The translations under genes were made by a program, and so were the position numbers. From positions 120,096 through 184,095 of the forward strand of contig JAXLRU010000005.1 in NCBI GenBank assembly GCA_046330935.1: a stretch of 64,000 nt of DNA, written 5' to 3'. Position 1 is the stretch's first letter. Each line of letters begins with the position of its first letter. The notes beneath the pieces were generated by a model. It was given only the letters and a program-made list of their open reading frames with translations, was not told where the DNA came from and did no database searches. Below are positions 10,521 through 23,606 of this stretch, one piece after another. The stretch is from Kineosporiaceae bacterium. Lineage in GTDB: Bacteria; Actinomycetota; Actinomycetes; Actinomycetales; Kineosporiaceae.

Positions 10521-12098
10521 TCAGCGGCAGGCGCGAGGGACGGGCGTCCCGGCGGGCAGCAGGACGCGGTGACCGGGCAGGTCGACCGTGAGGGGCCAGC
10601 GTTCCTGCAGGCGTTCGAGGGTCCCGGGCAGGCGCAGGGTGAACCGGCCGGGCTTCGCGACGACCGCGCCGACGGAGGACTCGGCGGCCTGCTCGACCTC
10701 GCTGCGGGTCAGGTACCCCGAGAGGATGCGCACGCTCGAGGTGTCGGCGAGCCAGGGCGTGGCGCGCAGCCCGGCCCGTGTGATCAAGGGCTGGTCGTCG
10801 GTCACCACCGGACCCTCCAGGCGCAGTGCCTGCAGGCACTGCACGGCGCGTGAGGTGGGCGCGGGGCGCACCGGCTCGGCGGCGACGGCCACGAGCGTGA
10901 CCAGGCACGTCAGCACCGCGACGGGCGCGAGGACGAGGCGCTCACCCCCGCGCAGCGGGCGCAGCGCCGCACGCAGGACCAGCACGAGGCCGCCCGCCGC
11001 GGCAGCGCAGGACGCGGGCAGGTACAGCAGCAGCTGGTGCATGAACAGTGGCTCGAACCGCAGCGTGAACACGGCCGCGCAGGCGACGGTGAGCGCGGCG
11101 CCGGCCCATGCCGCCGTGCGCACCCGCGCCTCCAGGGCGGTGCTGCGCTGACCGTCGGGACTCGACTCGTCCGCGGCGGCCGGTCGACGTCCTCGCAACC
11201 GCTGCAGGTCCCACACGAGGACGGCGCAGCCGACCAGGCTCCCCGCGACGGCGGCGAGCCAGATCCGCCACAGCCAGACGAAACCCGGCTTGAACAGGAA
11301 AGCCGTCCCCTCCCCGGGAAAGCCGGACTCGGCGGCGTCGGTGTGGAAGCTGACCACCTGGTCCCACATCACCCCGTCGGGCCGGAACGCCGCGACGGCC
11401 AGCAGACCCGCGGCCACCCCGCCCAGCCCGGCCCACCCCAGGGCGGACCATCGGGCCCGGCCGCGGGCGAGGAGCAGCGCGACGACGACGGCGGGGGCCA
11501 GCGTCAGCGCGGACACCTTGACGGCGGTCCCGGCGACGACCAGGACTCCCGCGGCCAGCGCCCAGCCGCGACGCCGGGCGGGCGTCGCGGCATCGATCGC
11601 GGCGAGAGCGGCGAGCAGCGCGAAGGTCCCGGCGGCCGCGGCGGGCACGTCGGCGCCGAGGGTGACGGCGTTGACGCGGTTGAGCGGGACGGCGACGAAG
11701 GCGGCGACGGCGAGCAGCCCGGCGGCGGTGCCGGCGAGACGTCGGGCGAGGAGCCCGGTGCCCACGGCGAGGCAGAGCCAGACCAGGAGCATCGCCGCAC
11801 GTGCACCGCCGAGGCCCGCGCCGAGCCGCACGGGCAGGCTGAACAGGGCGATGAACAGCGGCGGCTGGGCCTGGAACACGTCGTGGTAGAGCCGCTGGCC
11901 GTCTGCCACCGCGAGCAGGGTCTGCCCGTAGACGCCGTCGTCGTAGGAGGCGGCCGCCTGGAAGGGGCTGCTGCGCCACAGGCGCACGACCGCGGCCAGC
12001 GCCGCGACCCCGAGGACGGCCGCGGTGATCGTCGCGGGCCATGGCAGCGGCGCGCGGGCGGTCGAACGGCTCGCCTGTCGAGCACGGGGAGGGGCCAC
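10521..12098 (-). CDS. GT-C fold membrane glycosyltransferase (family 39/ArnT/PMT-like)
   Basis: 525 aa, polytopic. First extracytoplasmic loop has a D-D-x-x-Y motif (YDDGVYGQ). Length and topology fit ArnT-like lipid-linked sugar transferases. Confidence 0.5.
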   Translation of the reverse strand: MAPPRARQASRSTARAPLPWPATITAAVLGVAALAAVVRLWRSSPFQAAASYDDGVYGQTLLAVADGQRLYHDVFQAQPPLFIALFSLPVRLGAGLGGARAAMLLVWLCLAVGTGLLARRLAGTAAGLLAVAAFVAVPLNRVNAVTLGADVPAAAAGTFALLAALAAIDAATPARRRGWALAAGVLVVAGTAVKVSALTLAPAVVVALLLARGRARWSALGWAGLGGVAAGLLAVAAFRPDGVMWDQVVSFHTDAAESGFPGEGTAFLFKPGFVWLWRIWLAAVAGSLVGCAVLVWDLQRLRGRRPAAADESSPDGQRSTALEARVRTAAWAGAALTVACAAVFTLRFEPLFMHQLLLYLPASCAAAAGGLVLVLRAALRPLRGGERLVLAPVAVLTCLVTLVAVAAEPVRPAPTSRAVQCLQALRLEGPVVTDDQPLITRAGLRATPWLADTSSVRILSGYLTRSEVEQAAESSVGAVVAKPGRFTLRLPGTLERLQERWPLTVDLPGHRVLLPAGTPVPRACR

Positions 12099-12162
12099 CG
12101 GCGCACCCTATCCACCCCGGGTGGCGGTGCCGGCGAAGGGCTAGGGCGTGCTCGCGCGCGGG

Positions 12163-12225
12163 GTGTACGGTGGAGCCGTGCGTCTGGCGCAGCTCCTCCT
12201 TCGCCGCCGCGGCGGGGCCCTCTAA
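12163..12225 (+). promoter_or_regulatory. leuA leader peptide (V(YGGAV)RLAQLLLRRRGGAL) with downstream hairpin/U-tract: putative Leu-codon transcription attenuator
   Basis: Short ORF from GTG 12178 (or in-frame GTG 12163) to TAA 12223-12225 containing three consecutive Leu codons CTC CTC CTT. Overlapping GC-rich hairpins at 12209-12247 and GGUUUCU at 12249-12255 sit 70 nt before the leuA ATG. Confidence 0.5.
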
Positions 12226-12313
12226 GAGGCCGGCCCCCCTGCCGCGGAGGTTTCTGCATGCCGGCTGACGATCCCGAGTGCCCCTGCGGGCCGGGACGCA
12301 CCGCAGACCCTGA

Positions 12314-14074
<1,761 letters not shown>

Positions 14075-14140
14075 GGCTCCACCGGCCGGCGGCGGCCGCG
14101 CCTGCGCGTGTGCCGCCGCCTGCCGGGGGAGAATGACGCC

Positions 14141-14869
14141 GTGGCCATCTACCGGGACGAGGGTGTCGTGCTGCGCACCCAGAAGCTCGGCGAGGCCGAC
14201 CGCATCGTCACGCTGCTGACCCGCGACCACGGACGCATCCGCGCCGTCGGCAAGGGCGTGCGGCGCACGAAGAGCCGGATCGGGGCGCGGCTCGAACCGT
14301 TCATGCACGTCGACGTGCAGGTCTACGAGGGCCGCTCCCTCGGCGTGATCAGCCAGGTCGAGACGGTCGCCGCCTACGCCCAGGGCATCGTCGCCGACTA
14401 CGGCCGCTACACCGCGGGCACCGCGATGCTGGAGACGGCCGAGCGGCTGACGGAGACCGAGGACGACCCCGCCCTGCAACAGTTCCTGCTGCTGGCCGCG
14501 GCGTTGCGCTCGCTCGCGGCCGGGGAGCACCCCGCGACCCTGACGCTCGACGCGTACCTGCTGCGCGCCCTCGCCGTCGCCGGGTGGGCCCCCTCGTTCA
14601 CCGACTGCGCGCGTTGCGGGGCCGACGGTCCGCACCGGGCCTTCGCCATCGCGGCCGGCGGTTCCGTGTGCCCGTCCTGCCGGCCGCCCGGCTGCGCCGC
14701 GGTCAACCTGTCGACGTTGGAGCTGCTCGCGGCCCTGCTCAGCGGCGACTGGCCGTGCGCGGAGGCGAGCGAGGAGCCGCGCCGCCGCGAGGCGTCGGGG
14801 CTGGTGGCGGCCTACCTGCAGTGGCACCTGGAGCGACAGGTGCGGTCGTTGAGGATGGTGGAGCGCTGA
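14141..14869 (+). CDS. recO: DNA repair protein RecO
   Basis: The N-terminus [30 protein letters not shown] matches RecO. Zinc-binding CxxC...CxxC at the C-terminus. GTG start at 14141. Confidence 0.85.
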   Translation: MAIYRDEGVVLRTQKLGEADRIVTLLTRDHGRIRAVGKGVRRTKSRIGARLEPFMHVDVQVYEGRSLGVISQVETVAAYAQGIVADYGRYTAGTAMLETAERLTETEDDPALQQFLLLAAALRSLAAGEHPATLTLDAYLLRALAVAGWAPSFTDCARCGADGPHRAFAIAAGGSVCPSCRPPGCAAVNLSTLELLAALLSGDWPCAEASEEPRRREASGLVAAYLQWHLERQVRSLRMVER

Positions 14870-15738
14870 TGGTGGGACGTCGTCGGGCCGAGCAGGTGCA
14901 GGCGGGGCGGCCGGTGGCCCCTCCGCCGCACCCCTCGGGGGAGCGGCCGCCCGCGGTGCCCGCCGAGTTCGTGCCCAAGCACGTGGCCGTGGTCATGGAC
15001 GGCAACGGGCGGTGGGCCAACCAGCGGGGCCTGCCTCGCACCGAGGGGCACAAGCGGGGCGAGGCCGCTCTCCTCGACGTCGTGGCCGGGGCGATCGAGA
15101 TCGGGTGCACCCACGTGTCCGCCTACGCGTTCTCGACGGAGAACTGGCGGCGCTCGCCCGACGAGGTGCGCTTCCTGATGGGCTTCAACCGCGACGTCAT
15201 CCGTCGTCGCCGCGACCAGATGCACGAGTGGGGGGTGCGGGTCCGCTGGGCGGGTCGCCGGCCCAAGCTGTGGCGGTCGGTCATCTCCGAGCTGGAGGAG
15301 GCCGAGCGCCTCACCCGCGACAACACCGTGCTCACGCTGACGATGTGCGTGAACTACGGGGGTCGCGCGGAGATCGCCGACGCCGCCCGGGCCATCGCCC
15401 GTGAGGCGGCCGGTGGCCGTCTGGACCCCGAGCGGGTCGACGAGCGGACGGTGGCCCGCTTCCTCGACGAGCCGGACATGCCCGACGTCGACATGTTCCT
15501 TCGCTCCTCCGGGGAGCAGCGCACGTCCAACTTCCTGCTGTGGCAGTCCGCGTACGCGGAGCTGGTGTTCCTCGACGTCCTGTGGCCCGACGTCGACCGC
15601 CGCACGCTGTGGCGGGGGATCGAGGAGTACGCCCGGCGCGACCGCCGCTACGGCGGTGCCGTGGACGCCGCGAGCGAGGCCCGGTCGGCGGCGCCCGCGG
15701 CGGCTCCTAGGGGCACGGGCCTGGGCTGGCCTGCCTGA
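14869..15738 (+). CDS. uppS: Isoprenyl transferase / undecaprenyl diphosphate synthase
   Basis: [13 protein letters not shown] and the ENW..R motifs of cis-prenyltransferases. ATGA overlap with recO. Confidence 0.9.
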   Translation: MVGRRRAEQVQAGRPVAPPPHPSGERPPAVPAEFVPKHVAVVMDGNGRWANQRGLPRTEGHKRGEAALLDVVAGAIEIGCTHVSAYAFSTENWRRSPDEVRFLMGFNRDVIRRRRDQMHEWGVRVRWAGRRPKLWRSVISELEEAERLTRDNTVLTLTMCVNYGGRAEIADAARAIAREAAGGRLDPERVDERTVARFLDEPDMPDVDMFLRSSGEQRTSNFLLWQSAYAELVFLDVLWPDVDRRTLWRGIEEYARRDRRYGGAVDAASEARSAAPAAAPRGTGLGWPA

Positions 15739-15782
15739 TCGAGGCCTGACCGGTCGGCGCCCCGGCCACATGGGGCGGCCCC

Positions 15783-16445
15783 ATGCGGGTACGTGCCCAG
15801 CCATGCGACCCGCTCAGACCGCTCCGGCAGGCCCCGTCGACGCCGGACCCGCCGCGGTCGCCGGCCCCGACGACGTTGCGCCGGGGGGGCTCCGAGGCGG
15901 CGCGCCCGCTGGACGTCCTCGCGGCCGCCGCGCACCCGAGGCACGCGCGGCACGTGCGCCGGCTGGGCCGACTGGCGCGCAGCTACGACACCTCAGGGGA
16001 GCGGCCCCTGGTGGGCTACGCCGTCCTGCTGGCCGCCTACGTGGCGTTGTCGGGCGCGGTCCTCGCCGTCCTGCTCCGGCACCGCGACCGCTGGCCCCTG
16101 CCCGGTCGCGACGTGGCGGTCGGGGCGGTCGTGGTCTTCCGGCTCAGCCGCCTGCTCACCAAGGACGCGGTGACCGCGGCGTTGCGGGCGCCCTGGACCG
16201 TCTACGACGGGCCGGGCGACCCCGGGGAGGTCAACGAGCGACCCCGCCGGGGGCCCGTGCGTCACGCCGTGGGCGAGCTGGTCACCTGCCCGTTCTGCCT
16301 CGGGCAGTGGGTCGCCACCGCGTGGCTGGGAGCCGCGGTCGCCGCGCCGGGGTTGACCCGGGTCGGCGGTCAGGCGCTGATGGCCGGCGCGGCCTCCGAC
16401 GTCCTGCAGCAGCTGTGGGCCCGCCTGGCGGCCACCCCGCACTGA
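15783..16445 (+). CDS. DUF1360 domain membrane protein
   Basis: Two TM helices plus the conserved C-terminal pattern VTCPFCLGQW typical of DUF1360. N-terminal extent uncertain. Confidence 0.5.
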   Translation: MRVRAQPCDPLRPLRQAPSTPDPPRSPAPTTLRRGGSEAARPLDVLAAAAHPRHARHVRRLGRLARSYDTSGERPLVGYAVLLAAYVALSGAVLAVLLRHRDRWPLPGRDVAVGAVVVFRLSRLLTKDAVTAALRAPWTVYDGPGDPGEVNERPRRGPVRHAVGELVTCPFCLGQWVATAWLGAAVAAPGLTRVGGQALMAGAASDVLQQLWARLAATPH

Positions 16446-16452
16446 GGGACGG

Positions 16453-16884
16453 TCACCCCCGGCAGTCGCGGCACAGCCCGAAGACCTCCACGAGGTGGTC
16501 GAGCATCGCGTAGCCGTGCTGCTCGGCCACCTGGCGGGCCCAGGCCTCCATCGGCTGCGCGTCCACCTCGATGGTGGCCCGGCAGGAGCGGCAGATGAGG
16601 TGATGGTGGTGCCCGGAGCTGCACCGGCGGTACAGGGCCTCGCCGTCGTCGGTGCGCAGGACGTCGACGTCGCCGTCCTCGGCGAGGGCCTGCAGGGCGC
16701 GGTAGACGGTCGCGAGCCCCACGGCGTCCCCGCCCTCCCGCAGGCGCTGGTGCAGTTCCTGGGCGCTGCGGAACTCGTTCGTGTCGGACAGGGCCTTCCA
16801 CACCGCGGCCCGCTGGCGGGTCTGCCGCTTGGCGGGGGCGCCGCCGGCGTCTGCGGCGGTCGTGGGCTCGGCGGTCCCGGTCAT
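16453..16884 (-). CDS. zur: Fur-family zinc uptake regulator
   Basis: Winged-helix plus HHHH...CxxC..CRxC metal sites. It is the last gene of the znu operon. ATG at 16884; the upstream part of the track ORF is Thr/Ala-rich artefact. Confidence 0.8.
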   Translation of the reverse strand: MTGTAEPTTAADAGGAPAKRQTRQRAAVWKALSDTNEFRSAQELHQRLREGGDAVGLATVYRALQALAEDGDVDVLRTDDGEALYRRCSSGHHHHLICRSCRATIEVDAQPMEAWARQVAEQHGYAMLDHLVEVFGLCRDCRG

Positions 16885-16894
16885 GCCCGCCTCC

Positions 16895-17866
16895 TCAGTG
16901 GTGGTCGTAGTGGGCGCCGTGAGCGGCGTGGCGGTGGCCGTCGTGCAGGTAGTCGACGTGGTCGCCGTGGGGCACGACGGGATGCCCGCAGTCGGGGCCG
17001 TGCTCGTGGCCCGCGTGCTCGGGGTCGTCGAGCCGCACGGGCTGCCGGCGCCGGCCGTGCACGCGCCCGCCGAGGCTGCCGAGGAGCGCCGCAAGCAGGA
17101 ACACCGCGACCGCCAGCAGCACGATCGTGCCGCCGGGAGGGGTGTCGAGGTAGTAGGAGCCCGCCGTGCCGCCCACGCTCACCACGAGGCCGACGGTGAC
17201 GGCCAGGGCGAGGCTCGCGCGGAAGCTGCCGGCCAGCAGCTGCGCCACGGCGTTCGGCAGGATCATGAGCGCGCTGATCAGGAGCAGCCCGACCACGCGC
17301 ATGCTCACGACGACGGTGGTGGCGGTCAGCACGGCGAGCAGCACGTTGAGCCCGAGCACGTTCATGCCGGTGGCGCGCGCGTACTCCTCGTCGTTGCTGA
17401 CGGCGAACAGGTGCCGCCCGAACAGGCCGGTGACGGCGAGCACGGCGATCCCGAGCCCGGCGAACACGGCGAGGTCACGGCCGTCGGTGGTCGTGATCGC
17501 GCCGAACAGGTAGGCGTTGAGGTTGGCGGGGGTCCCGGAGGGCGCGATCCCCATGAGGACGACGCCGCCGGCGATGCCGCCGTAGAACATGACGGCGAGG
17601 GCGATGTCGGCGCTGGCGCGCGCCTTCACCCGGATCACCTCGATGGCCACGGCGCCGGCCACCGCGCAGCCCAGGGCGGTCAGGACCGGAGCGCGGCCGG
17701 TGAGCACGCCGAGCGCGACGCCGGTGAGGGCGACGTGCCCGAGGCCGTCACCGATCAGCGCCAGCCGTCGCTGCACGAGGAACACGCCGACGACGGGTGC
17801 GGTCACGCCGACGAGCACCGCGGCCAGCAGGGCCAGGCGCATGAACTCGTAGTCGAGGAGGCTCAT
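16895..17866 (-). CDS. znuB: Metal (zinc/manganese) ABC transporter permease
   Basis: Polytopic ABC-3 permease starting MSLLDYEFMRLALLAAVLVG. ATGA overlap with znuC. Confidence 0.8.
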   Translation of the reverse strand: MSLLDYEFMRLALLAAVLVGVTAPVVGVFLVQRRLALIGDGLGHVALTGVALGVLTGRAPVLTALGCAVAGAVAIEVIRVKARASADIALAVMFYGGIAGGVVLMGIAPSGTPANLNAYLFGAITTTDGRDLAVFAGLGIAVLAVTGLFGRHLFAVSNDEEYARATGMNVLGLNVLLAVLTATTVVVSMRVVGLLLISALMILPNAVAQLLAGSFRASLALAVTVGLVVSVGGTAGSYYLDTPPGGTIVLLAVAVFLLAALLGSLGGRVHGRRRQPVRLDDPEHAGHEHGPDCGHPVVPHGDHVDYLHDGHRHAAHGAHYDHH

Positions 17867-18672
17867 CGCCGGCCCTCCTGCAGGGGCGGCCACGGGGTGG
17901 CCAGGGGCGTCGGCGTTCCCGGGTTCCCCGGGTGGTCGGGCAGGTGGGCGCAGTCCCCGGGGACGGACAGGCCGCCCGCGCCGGAGGCCGGGACGTCGGC
18001 CACGAGCCGGCCGGCCTCGACCGTGACGACACGGGTGAGGACCGGGGCCAGGGCCTGCAGCTCGTGCGTGACGACGACCAGGGTGAGCCCCTCGGCGACC
18101 AGCCGCTGCAGGGTGGCGGTGAGCCGCTCCTGCTGGGCGTGGTCGACGCCTGCGGTGGGCTCGTCCATGATCAGGACCTCGGGCTGGGAGGCGAGGGCGC
18201 GGGCGATCAGGACCCGTCGCTGCTGCCCGCCCGACAGCGTCGCGACGGTGGCCCGACGCCGGTCGGCGAGGCCCACCGTCTCGATCGCGCCCGCCACCGC
18301 CTCGCGATCGGCGCGGTTGAGCCGGGCCCCCCACCGCTTGCGCGGCAGGCGCCCGCTCGTCACGACCTCCTCGACGGTGGAGGGGACCGCGCCGCCCACC
18401 GAGTGCCGCTGCGGCACGTACCCCAGCCGCCAGCGGTGCCTGAGCTCCGCCCGCGGCACCCCGAACAGCTCCACGGATCCCGCCATGACGGTCGCGAGTC
18501 CCAGGATCCCCTTCACCAGGGTCGACTTGCCCGACCCGTTGGCGCCCACGAGGGCGAGCACCTCGTGCGGGCGGACGTCGAGGTCGACCCCGCGGACGGT
18601 GGGCCGCTCGCCGTAGCCGATCTCGGCGCGCTGGAGGCGGATCACGGGGGTGTCGGCGGCGACGGCGGTCAC
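17863..18672 (-). CDS. znuC: Metal ABC transporter ATP-binding protein
   Basis: Walker A GANGSGKST, signature LSGGQQRR, Walker B LIMDEP. GTGA overlap with znuA. Confidence 0.85.
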   Translation of the reverse strand: MTAVAADTPVIRLQRAEIGYGERPTVRGVDLDVRPHEVLALVGANGSGKSTLVKGILGLATVMAGSVELFGVPRAELRHRWRLGYVPQRHSVGGAVPSTVEEVVTSGRLPRKRWGARLNRADREAVAGAIETVGLADRRRATVATLSGGQQRRVLIARALASQPEVLIMDEPTAGVDHAQQERLTATLQRLVAEGLTLVVVTHELQALAPVLTRVVTVEAGRLVADVPASGAGGLSVPGDCAHLPDHPGNPGTPTPLATPWPPLQEGRR

Positions 18673-19652
18673 GGGCAGGACTGCCCGGCCTTCAGGGCCG
18701 CCAGGTTGGCGCGCATGAGACCAAGGTAGTCGCGCGCCGCGGAGGCGTCCCCGAGGCCTTCGATGGGGTCGAGGACGGCGGTGCGCGCGCCGGTCTCGCG
18801 GGCCACGGTGCGCGCGACGTCGGGGCTCACCAGCGTCTCGTAGTAGATCGTGCCCACGCGGTGCTCCCGCACGAAGTCGGCGACCCTCGCCTGCGTGGCC
18901 GCGTCGGGTTCGGCCTCCGGGCTGAGCCCGGCGATGCCGAGCTGGGTCAGCCCGTAGCGGGCCGCGAGGTAGCCGAAGGCGGTGTGGCTCGTCACGAGGT
19001 CCTTGCTCGCGCACCGGGACAGCCCGTCGCGGAACGCGGTGTCGAGGTCGTCGAGATCCTCGGCCAGCGCGGCGTCGTTGGCCTCGACCACGGAGCGGAT
19101 CTCGGGGTCCGCGGCGATCAGGCCGTCGCGGACGACGCCGGCGACGGCGCGCAGCCGGGTCGGGTCGAGCCAGAAGTGGGGGTCGGTGCCTGCGGCCTCC
19201 AGGCCCGCCTCGTGTCCGGCCCCGTCGTGCTCGCCCTCCTCGCCGTGCTCGTCCAGGCGTAGGTCGAGGCGGGCGGCGGCGGTGACGTCGAGGGCCTTGT
19301 CGCCGGCCTGGGCTGCGACCGCGTCGTCCACGGCGGGCTGGAAGCCCTTGAGGTAGACGGAGAGGTCGGCGTCGGCGAGGGCAGCGGTGTCGCGCGGGGA
19401 GAGCTCGAGGTCGTGGGGTTCGGCGCCGGGACGGGTGAGGTTGACCACGCGCACCCGGTCGCCACCCAGCCGCTCCGTCACGTACTGCAGCGGGTAGAAG
19501 CTCGCGACGACGTCGAGCCGGCCGTCGTCGGAGCCGCCGGTGCCGGACGAGCACCCGGGCAGGGCGAGCGAGGCGAGCAGGAGGGCGGGCAGCAGCGCCG
19601 CGGTGCGTCGGGCGCGGCGGGAGGAGGCGGTGCGAAGCGTCCGGGGGGCCAT
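18669..19652 (-). CDS. znuA: Metal ABC transporter substrate-binding lipoprotein (ZnuA/TroA family, His/Asp/Glu-rich loop)
   Basis: Lipoprotein signal ...ASLALPGCSS and the acidic His-rich loop DEHGEEGEHDGAGHEAG typical of ZnuA. The ATG at 19652 directly abuts a Zur-box-like palindrome. Confidence 0.8.
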   Translation of the reverse strand: MAPRTLRTASSRRARRTAALLPALLLASLALPGCSSGTGGSDDGRLDVVASFYPLQYVTERLGGDRVRVVNLTRPGAEPHDLELSPRDTAALADADLSVYLKGFQPAVDDAVAAQAGDKALDVTAAARLDLRLDEHGEEGEHDGAGHEAGLEAAGTDPHFWLDPTRLRAVAGVVRDGLIAADPEIRSVVEANDAALAEDLDDLDTAFRDGLSRCASKDLVTSHTAFGYLAARYGLTQLGIAGLSPEAEPDAATQARVADFVREHRVGTIYYETLVSPDVARTVARETGARTAVLDPIEGLGDASAARDYLGLMRANLAALKAGQSCP

Positions 19653-19667
19653 GAGAAACATTCTCAA
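19652..19667 (-). promoter_or_regulatory. Zur-box-like operator overlapping the znuA start
   Basis: Minus-strand TTGAGAATGTTTCTCA, about 13 of 16 matches to the actinobacterial Zur consensus TTGAAAATGATTTTCA, embedded in an unusually AT-rich stretch. Confidence 0.55.
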
Positions 19668-19741
19668 TCTCAACTTGGTGCGTGGTCAAATGCGGGCCGC
19701 ACCCGGGTCGCGGCCGCACCGTCGCCGCCTACGCTGTGCCG

Positions 19742-20074
19742 ATGCTCCTCGCGCTCACCCGCTACGACGTCCCCGACGCCGAGGCGGCCGCCTTCCTCCA
19801 GCAGGCCCGCCCCGCCCTCGCCGTCCTGCTGGAACGCCCCGGGTGCCGGGACGCGCAGCTGGCCCGCGCCGTCGACGAGACCGAGGTGTGGGTGATGGCC
19901 TCCCGCTGGGAGTCGGTGGGCGCCTACCGCCGAGCCCTGTCCCACCCCGAGGTCAAGCTCCACGCCGTCCCGCTGATGTACCGATGCCGCGACGAGCCCA
20001 CGAGCTTCGAAGTGCTGCTGGACGGGGAACCGGGCCGCCTCGACGCCCACGCCTCCGACGTGGCAGGCGCGTGA
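19742..20074 (+). CDS. Antibiotic biosynthesis monooxygenase (ABM/Dabb) domain protein
   Basis: About 110 aa ferredoxin-like ABM fold pattern (MLLALTRYDVP...VWVMASRWESVGAYRRALSHPEVK). Confidence 0.55.
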   Translation: MLLALTRYDVPDAEAAAFLQQARPALAVLLERPGCRDAQLARAVDETEVWVMASRWESVGAYRRALSHPEVKLHAVPLMYRCRDEPTSFEVLLDGEPGRLDAHASDVAGA

Positions 20075-21396
20075 GCGAGCAGCCGCTGCGCCGCCGTCGT
20101 GACCGCCGCGCCAACACGCTCGACCAACGGGCGGAGGCTCCGGCCGGCGCCACGAGTGCCTCCGGACACGGCCACCTCCACGCCCACGGCGCTCAGGCGG
20201 GCGGTGCACCTGCCGCGCTGGTCCTGCCGCCGATGGTGCGGCGCGCCCTCGCGGCCGCCGTGGTCCTCGCCGGCCTGACCGCCGTCCTCGCCCTGGCGAT
20301 GACCTGGCCGGACAGGGCGGCGGCGCAACGGCTGACGGCGGCCAACGACGCCTACGGGGACGTCGACTTCGTCGAGGGCAGCATCGTCGGGCTCCGGCTG
20401 AGCCGGTGCGAGGGCGGCACGGGGGAGGACCGACGGCCCGACGGCACGGTCGCGCCCACCGTGGACTGCGCGAAGGCGGAGGTCCGGGTGGACGGGTTGA
20501 GCGGCCCGCTCGAGATCGACGTCCCGGTGCCCGCCACCCGCGCGGGCCTCGGCGTGGGGGATCGGATCCGGCTGAGCCACTACCCGGCCACGGCGGAGCT
20601 GCCCGAGGTCTACGCCTACGCCGCCCTCGCCCGCCGCGGACCGCTGCTCGTGCTGGGCGCCGCGTTCGTCCTGGGCGTCGCCGCCCTCGCCCGGTGGCGG
20701 GGGGTGGTCTCGGTCGTCGGCCTCGCGCTCGCCTACGGGGTCGTCGGGGTGGTGGTCCTGCCCTCCCTGCAGGTGGGCCGGCACCCCGTGGTCACCACCG
20801 CCGGCGCCTGCGTGCTGGTCATGCTGTTCCTCCTGTTCGCCGTGCACGGCCTCAACGGCAAGACCGCGGCAGCCTTCCTCGGCACCGTCGCGGGGCTGGC
20901 CGTGACGACCGTCCTCGCCGTGGGCGCCGCCGCCTACGCGGGGCTCGACGGCCTGGTGGACGAGCAGTCGGTGACGCTGAGCCGGCTCACGACCCACGGC
21001 GGCCTGCGCGACGTCGTCGTGTGCGGCCTGATCATCGGCAGCCTCGGCGTCCTCAACGACGTGACGGTGACGCAGGCCTCGGCCGTCTGGGAGCTGCGCG
21101 CCGCCTCGCCGCTTCGGGCTGGGCAGCTGTTCGTGGCAGGCATGCGCATCGGCCGCGACCACCTCTCCTCGACCGTCTACACCGTGGCCTTCGCCTACGT
21201 CGGCGCGGCGCTGCCCACCCTGCTGCTCGTCGACCTCTACGGGCGGCCCGTGGGCGATCTGCTGCAGTCCAGCGCGGTCGCCGAGGAGATCGTCGGCGTC
21301 GTCGTGGCGGGTCTCGGGCTCGCCGCGTCCATCCCGCTCACCACGCTCGTGGCCGCGCTCGCGGCGTCCGCCGCCCCCCGGCCGACGGCCGCCTAG
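20071..21396 (+). CDS. YibE/F family membrane protein
   Basis: Polytopic protein with conserved YibE/F-like TM blocks and a periplasmic N-terminal domain. GTG at 20071 overlaps the ABM stop. Confidence 0.55.
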   Translation: MSEQPLRRRRDRRANTLDQRAEAPAGATSASGHGHLHAHGAQAGGAPAALVLPPMVRRALAAAVVLAGLTAVLALAMTWPDRAAAQRLTAANDAYGDVDFVEGSIVGLRLSRCEGGTGEDRRPDGTVAPTVDCAKAEVRVDGLSGPLEIDVPVPATRAGLGVGDRIRLSHYPATAELPEVYAYAALARRGPLLVLGAAFVLGVAALARWRGVVSVVGLALAYGVVGVVVLPSLQVGRHPVVTTAGACVLVMLFLLFAVHGLNGKTAAAFLGTVAGLAVTTVLAVGAAAYAGLDGLVDEQSVTLSRLTTHGGLRDVVVCGLIIGSLGVLNDVTVTQASAVWELRAASPLRAGQLFVAGMRIGRDHLSSTVYTVAFAYVGAALPTLLLVDLYGRPVGDLLQSSAVAEEIVGVVVAGLGLAASIPLTTLVAALAASAAPRPTAA

Positions 21397-21559
21397 CCGG
21401 GGTGCCCGCGGCAGCGTGGGCGGGCGTCCGGCCGGAATGGTGGTGGTCCGGGCGAGTAGCCTGGGCGATCGCAGCGCGGCCGCAGGCCGGTCGCGCGCCG
21501 CCCGGGCGTCCGCCCGGCGCCGTCCACCCACCGACACCCAGCCGGATGGAGTTGCCACC

Positions 21560-22954
<1,395 letters not shown>

Positions 22955-22973
22955 GGTCCTCGCCCGCACGTGC

Positions 22974-23010
22974 GAAGGCCCGCGACGGGCAGGACCGGTC
23001 GCGGGCCTTC
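22974..23010. terminator. Bidirectional intrinsic-terminator-like hairpin between glyS (+) and a small minus-strand gene
   Basis: Perfect 13-bp stem GAAGGCCCGCGAC / GTCGCGGGCCTTC with an 11-nt loop. Confidence 0.5.
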
Positions 23011-23029
23011 GGGCTTGAGTCGGCCGCCC

Positions 23030-23257
23030 TCAGGCGGCGTAGCGGGGAAGCGTCCAGTCGGTCGGCACGCGGCGGTCGCTGACCCACAGCTGCAGCTCGG
23101 CGCCCGTGAGGCCGAGGGTCGCCGCCGAGGCTGCGAGGTCTTCGCCCGCGCCGCGCACGGCGGTGGCCAGCGCGTTCTCCTCGAGGAGCGTGGCGTGGCG
23201 GTACGTCGCGGTGCGCCGCCCGTGGGCCTTCTGGGCCGCGGTGGTGATGATGCTCAT
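23030..23257 (-). CDS. Small hypothetical protein (75 aa)
   Basis: Strong RBS AAGGAGACAGCC ATG and clean codon bias. No recognisable domain. Confidence 0.4.
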   Translation of the reverse strand: MSIITTAAQKAHGRRTATYRHATLLEENALATAVRGAGEDLAASAATLGLTGAELQLWVSDRRVPTDWTLPRYAA

Positions 23258-23606
23258 GGCTGTCTCCTTGTCCTGCTCGGCCCTGACGGCTCGGGTGTTC
23301 TCAGAGTCGTCGGACGCGCTCGCGCCTACCTTGACCCTTTCGGGTGCGGGCCGTGCGGGCGAGCGATCGAACCCGGGGAGAACTCTCGGCGAACAGCGGC
23401 CCCGGCGCACGGCGGCGTCGCCTCCCGTGCGCAGGAGCGACGCCGGCGCGCCCGTGATACGGCCGCCGACCGCGTCTTGGGGGACGCTCAGCGCGGGATG
23501 CGCACGCGAACGCTCCCCGAAGCAGCGCGTGCTCGGCGCGGTGGACCGGGGCGTGTCGAGCGGGTCGCGCAGGGGCGCCACGCAGCGGCGACGACGGGAG
23601 CGAACC

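Noticed and set aside
19660-19673. Alternative upstream starts for znuA (ATG 19661, TTG 19673) used by the ORF track.
   Set aside because: They lie inside or upstream of the Zur-box palindrome. The ATG at 19652 gives a standard lipoprotein signal peptide and places the operator over the start.
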